Positions 16,304 to 19,017 of a stretch of DNA of 19,017 bases are shown here, piece by piece. Within the stretch, counting starts at the first letter, position 1. Each line of letters begins with the position of its first letter. A model generated the notes under the pieces. The model ran no database searches, was not told the DNA's origin, and saw nothing but the letters and a program-made list of their open reading frames with translations. The position numbers and the translations under genes were made by a program. Origin of the DNA: Pseudomonadota bacterium (GTDB lineage: Bacteria > Bdellovibrionota > FAC87 > UBA2466); the NCBI GenBank assembly GCA_043718025.1, contig JAYSWN010000197.1, forward strand, positions 1 through 19,017, given 5' to 3'.

Positions 16304-16876
16304 ATGAAAAATATAGCATTGGTTTTAGTGGGCGTTTGCGCCTTGGTCGGAAATATTAACTCAACGGCACGGGCGGCGGTAAAGCCGGCCTGCGATCGTA
16401 GCGAGCCTATAAAGGTGGTGCTGCAGAATTTACTTAAAAAAAGTTGTGACACAATAACCGAATCCGATCTGCTGACACTGAAGCGCCTCGACGTGAGCCG
16501 CAGAAAAATTCAGGTTTATCACCCCGATGACTTCACGGGCTTAGGCAATCTCGAGATTTTAAATATACGCAGCAATCCGGCGCCCGAGCTTCCCGAAGGT
16601 CTCCTTCGCGACCTCACCCACTTAAAAACCCTTGTCATCATCGGCGCGGGACTGAGCAAATTTCCTGAGGACTTTCTGGACTCCAATCCAGACGTTGAAA
16701 ACCTTCATCTCTTTCGCTTGAAAGCGACGTCGGTTCCGGCGGCAGTAATCGATCGTCTGGAAAAGATGACGCATCTCAAAGAGATCGATCTCGATCGCAT
16801 CATTAACGACGAGGATAAAGCGCGGCTGAGTCAGATTTTCCCCACCGGCGGGCCGGTGCAACTCTTTTTCCGTTGA
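16304..16876 (+). CDS. Secreted leucine-rich-repeat protein
   Basis: GGAGG RBS before ATG 16304, signal peptide ending TARA, Cys cap CDRS...SCDTIT, then about five 24-aa repeats (LKRLDVSRRKI, LEILNIRSN, LKTLVIIG, VENLHLFR, LKEIDLD). Confidence 0.88.
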   Translation: MKNIALVLVGVCALVGNINSTARAAVKPACDRSEPIKVVLQNLLKKSCDTITESDLLTLKRLDVSRRKIQVYHPDDFTGLGNLEILNIRSNPAPELPEGLLRDLTHLKTLVIIGAGLSKFPEDFLDSNPDVENLHLFRLKATSVPAAVIDRLEKMTHLKEIDLDRIINDEDKARLSQIFPTGGPVQLFFR

Positions 16877-16877
16877 G

Positions 16878-17516
16878 GTGATTGTGGAACGCTCAAAAAT
16901 CCCCGGGCTACGGCCCGGACAACGGCATCCTGACTGGAGCCAGCTCTATACGGTGGCCAAGGAAGAGACCCTTCCTTGGCATTTCCCCCACGTTGACCCG
17001 GATATACAACGCGAGCTGCGGTCAATGAGGGGCCCGCGAAAGACAATTTTAGATGTGGGTTGTGGCCTCGGAAACCAAGTTCATCTCCTAAGCGAGCAAG
17101 GGCATCAGGTGTCGGGCACCGACGTATCCGAACCCGCCGTCCGCCGGGCCACCGTGCTTTACCCCGGCATCAATTTTTTTGTAGACGATATAACCCGCAC
17201 GGCGCTAACCGACGTTTATGACATCGTCATCGATCGAGGCTGCTTTCATGTGCTCGATCACAAGGCGCGGGCCGGCTACCTTAGTTCGGTAAATCGTTTG
17301 TTGGCGGCCAACGGAATGTTGCTGCTGAAAGTGATGAGTACAGAAAATTTGTTTCAGGATTTTGGACCGCTTTGTTTTTCTAAGCGAGATCTTCATCAGC
17401 TTTTTGCCGATGCGTTTCAGATTTTAAAAATTCAGCACACTATTTATCACGGTTCAACCGCCCACTCCCCGCGTGCTTGGTTTGCGGTGATGCGCAAAAA
17501 GGAATCCCATGTCTGA
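16878..17516 (+). CDS. Class I SAM-dependent methyltransferase (small-molecule, TPMT/TehB-like)
   Basis: LPW, ILDVGCGLG, GTDVS and YDIVIDRGCFH motifs. Start GTG 16878 or 16884. Confidence 0.9.
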   Translation: MIVERSKIPGLRPGQRHPDWSQLYTVAKEETLPWHFPHVDPDIQRELRSMRGPRKTILDVGCGLGNQVHLLSEQGHQVSGTDVSEPAVRRATVLYPGINFFVDDITRTALTDVYDIVIDRGCFHVLDHKARAGYLSSVNRLLAANGMLLLKVMSTENLFQDFGPLCFSKRDLHQLFADAFQILKIQHTIYHGSTAHSPRAWFAVMRKKESHV

Positions 17517-18327
17517 TGTCGTCGTGCTCGGGCCCACCGGAAGTATTGGTTCTCATCTACTTCGTCTGCTTCACGACAACGGAGTTGAGGCCCGCACCGG
17601 CAATCGGCAAGATTTTGATTACTTTAATCCCCGCACTTACGATTCGCTCTTTAAAGGTGCCACCCATCTTTTTCTTCTCACGCCCGTTGTCGACAGTATG
17701 GTGGAGCTCACTTCTCAACTCTTAATGGCCGCCAAGCGCGCGGGAATGGAACGCGTGGTTAAGATTTCCGCCTTCGGCGCCGCTTTGAACTCCCCCGCCC
17801 GACTCCTGCGGTGGCATGCCGAGTGCGAGGGTTTGGTGGCAGATTCAGGAATTCCTTGGGTAAACCTGCGCCCCAATGCTCTGATGCAGAACTTTATTCA
17901 ACACTACGCAGCCGCAATAAAGGCGAGCTCGATGGTGGCCGTTCCGGCCGCGGACGCGCGGCTCTCTTTTGTGGATGCGAAAGACGTGGCAAGGGTTGCC
18001 TATCACGCACTCTTCGAAGATCGGTTTAACGGACTTACCTTGGAGCTAACTGGTCCGCGCGCCCTTAGCTTTTGCGAATCTGTTTCGGACCTGACGTTCG
18101 CCCTGGGCCGGCCTATTCGTTACGTCAGTGCCAGTGAGGAAGGGACCCGCCAGTTCATGGCCCAGCGGCAATTTCCCGCGTGGAAGATAGAGGCGCTGCT
18201 TGAACTCTACGCTAGCTACCGTCGAGGCGATGCCGCTCGCGTTACCACTTCGGTGGAAGACCTTACTTCCCATCCGGCAGAAACCTTTAATAGTTTTGTA
18301 GGCCAACATATAAAGGAGTTTCAATGA
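17509..18327 (+). CDS. NmrA-like atypical SDR NAD(P)H-dependent oxidoreductase
   Basis: GPTGSIG, H..CE, LRPNALMQN, FVDAKDVA and LTGPRALS motifs. AAGGA RBS. Confidence 0.9.
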   Translation: MSDVVVLGPTGSIGSHLLRLLHDNGVEARTGNRQDFDYFNPRTYDSLFKGATHLFLLTPVVDSMVELTSQLLMAAKRAGMERVVKISAFGAALNSPARLLRWHAECEGLVADSGIPWVNLRPNALMQNFIQHYAAAIKASSMVAVPAADARLSFVDAKDVARVAYHALFEDRFNGLTLELTGPRALSFCESVSDLTFALGRPIRYVSASEEGTRQFMAQRQFPAWKIEALLELYASYRRGDAARVTTSVEDLTSHPAETFNSFVGQHIKEFQ

Positions 18328-18773
18328 GCGAGTTGTTTCGGGTGAAGACCAAATGGATCGGTGGCTTGAATGGTAACGGGGAGCTTTCTTTTCCGACGAT
18401 CGAGTTTCCTTTTTCCGCGCCCAAATCGCTCAATGGCGCGGGAGTGGGAACCAACCCCGAAGAGCTTCTTCTGGGTGCCGCGGCCGCTTGTTTTTTACTA
18501 ACGTTGGGGACGGTTTTAAATCTGCTGAAGATTTCAGTTCATCGTCTGCGTCTGGAGAGTGAGATTGAGGTGTCGACCGCCGGTGGGCTAGAGGTCAAAC
18601 GCATCACTCATTTTCCCAAGCTATTGCTGAGAGAAGCCGCAGGTCCAGAAATTTTAGCTAAAGCCGAGCAGGCGGTGGTAAAGGCCGAGGCCTATTGTCT
18701 TATCGCCAAAGCTCTGCGCGGAAACGTCGAGATTAAAGTCATTCCCGAAATTGAGTTTGCGGGTTGCCCGTGA
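18324..18773 (+). CDS. OsmC/Ohr-family peroxiredoxin-like protein
   Basis: GVGTNPEELLLGAAAACF and AEAYCLI, with both Cys retained. AAGGAG RBS and ATGA overlap. Confidence 0.92.
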   Translation: MSELFRVKTKWIGGLNGNGELSFPTIEFPFSAPKSLNGAGVGTNPEELLLGAAAACFLLTLGTVLNLLKISVHRLRLESEIEVSTAGGLEVKRITHFPKLLLREAAGPEILAKAEQAVVKAEAYCLIAKALRGNVEIKVIPEIEFAGCP

Positions 18774-19017
18774 ACCCTCTTCATTTTGTGCTCCCCCTCT
18801 TGACCCTAGTGCCCGTGAGTATCGAAACCAGGCTTCAGTGGTTGCTTGCCACTCCGCTCGCGGGACTACCGAAGTACGAAAGCTCGTCACCCCCACGTCT
18901 TGCTACCGCTAAACTCGGGCGGCTGCTCTTTTACGATAAGCGTCTTTCTCGGGACGGCACGGTGTCTTGTGCCTCCTGTCACCAGGTTGAGCACGAGTAC
19001 TCTAACCCCACCGCCGT
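18770..19017 (+). CDS. Cytochrome c peroxidase/MauG-family protein, N-terminal part (truncated by the window)
   Basis: Not in the ORF track. GTG 18770 overlaps the OsmC stop (GTGA). Translation MNPLHFVLPLLTLVPV...LGRLLFYDKRLSRDGTVSCASCHQ contains the family signature and a heme CxxCH at 18968-18982. Confidence 0.9.
   Translation, partial: MNPLHFVLPLLTLVPVSIETRLQWLLATPLAGLPKYESSSPPRLATAKLGRLLFYDKRLSRDGTVSCASCHQVEHEYSNPTA

Overview
Gene-dense bacterial window with two parts. (1) 1-11997 is the right-hand part of a type II PKS/FAS-like lipid or pigment cluster of the aryl polyene (APE)/flexirubin family. It encodes a CrtI-like FAD oxidoreductase (truncated at the left edge, absent from the ORF track), FabG, a PlsC-type acyltransferase, a GT2-DUF2062-LpxL-like triple fusion, a probable small membrane protein, a DUF3261-like lipoprotein, a C45 Ntn-hydrolase, an MMPL exporter, a LolA-like carrier, ACP, a ketosynthase, a short chain-length-factor-like protein and a NodB-type deacetylase. 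These genes lie in four alternating-orientation blocks with almost no intergenic DNA. (2) 12033-19017 is an accessory region. It holds a secreted caspase-family (C14) protein, a small secreted protein and a TPR-like regulator with two winged-helix domains. Divergent from the regulator, across a spacer carrying two copies of a 10-bp-period tandem motif, is a tightly coupled operon: secreted LRR protein, SAM methyltransferase, NmrA-like reductase, OsmC-family protein and a cytochrome c peroxidase-family gene (truncated at the right edge, absent from the ORF track). The regulator style suggests a Bdellovibrionota-like host, which is inference only. I saw no RNA genes, CRISPR arrays or mobile elements. 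All family calls come from motifs read by eye, not from database searches.
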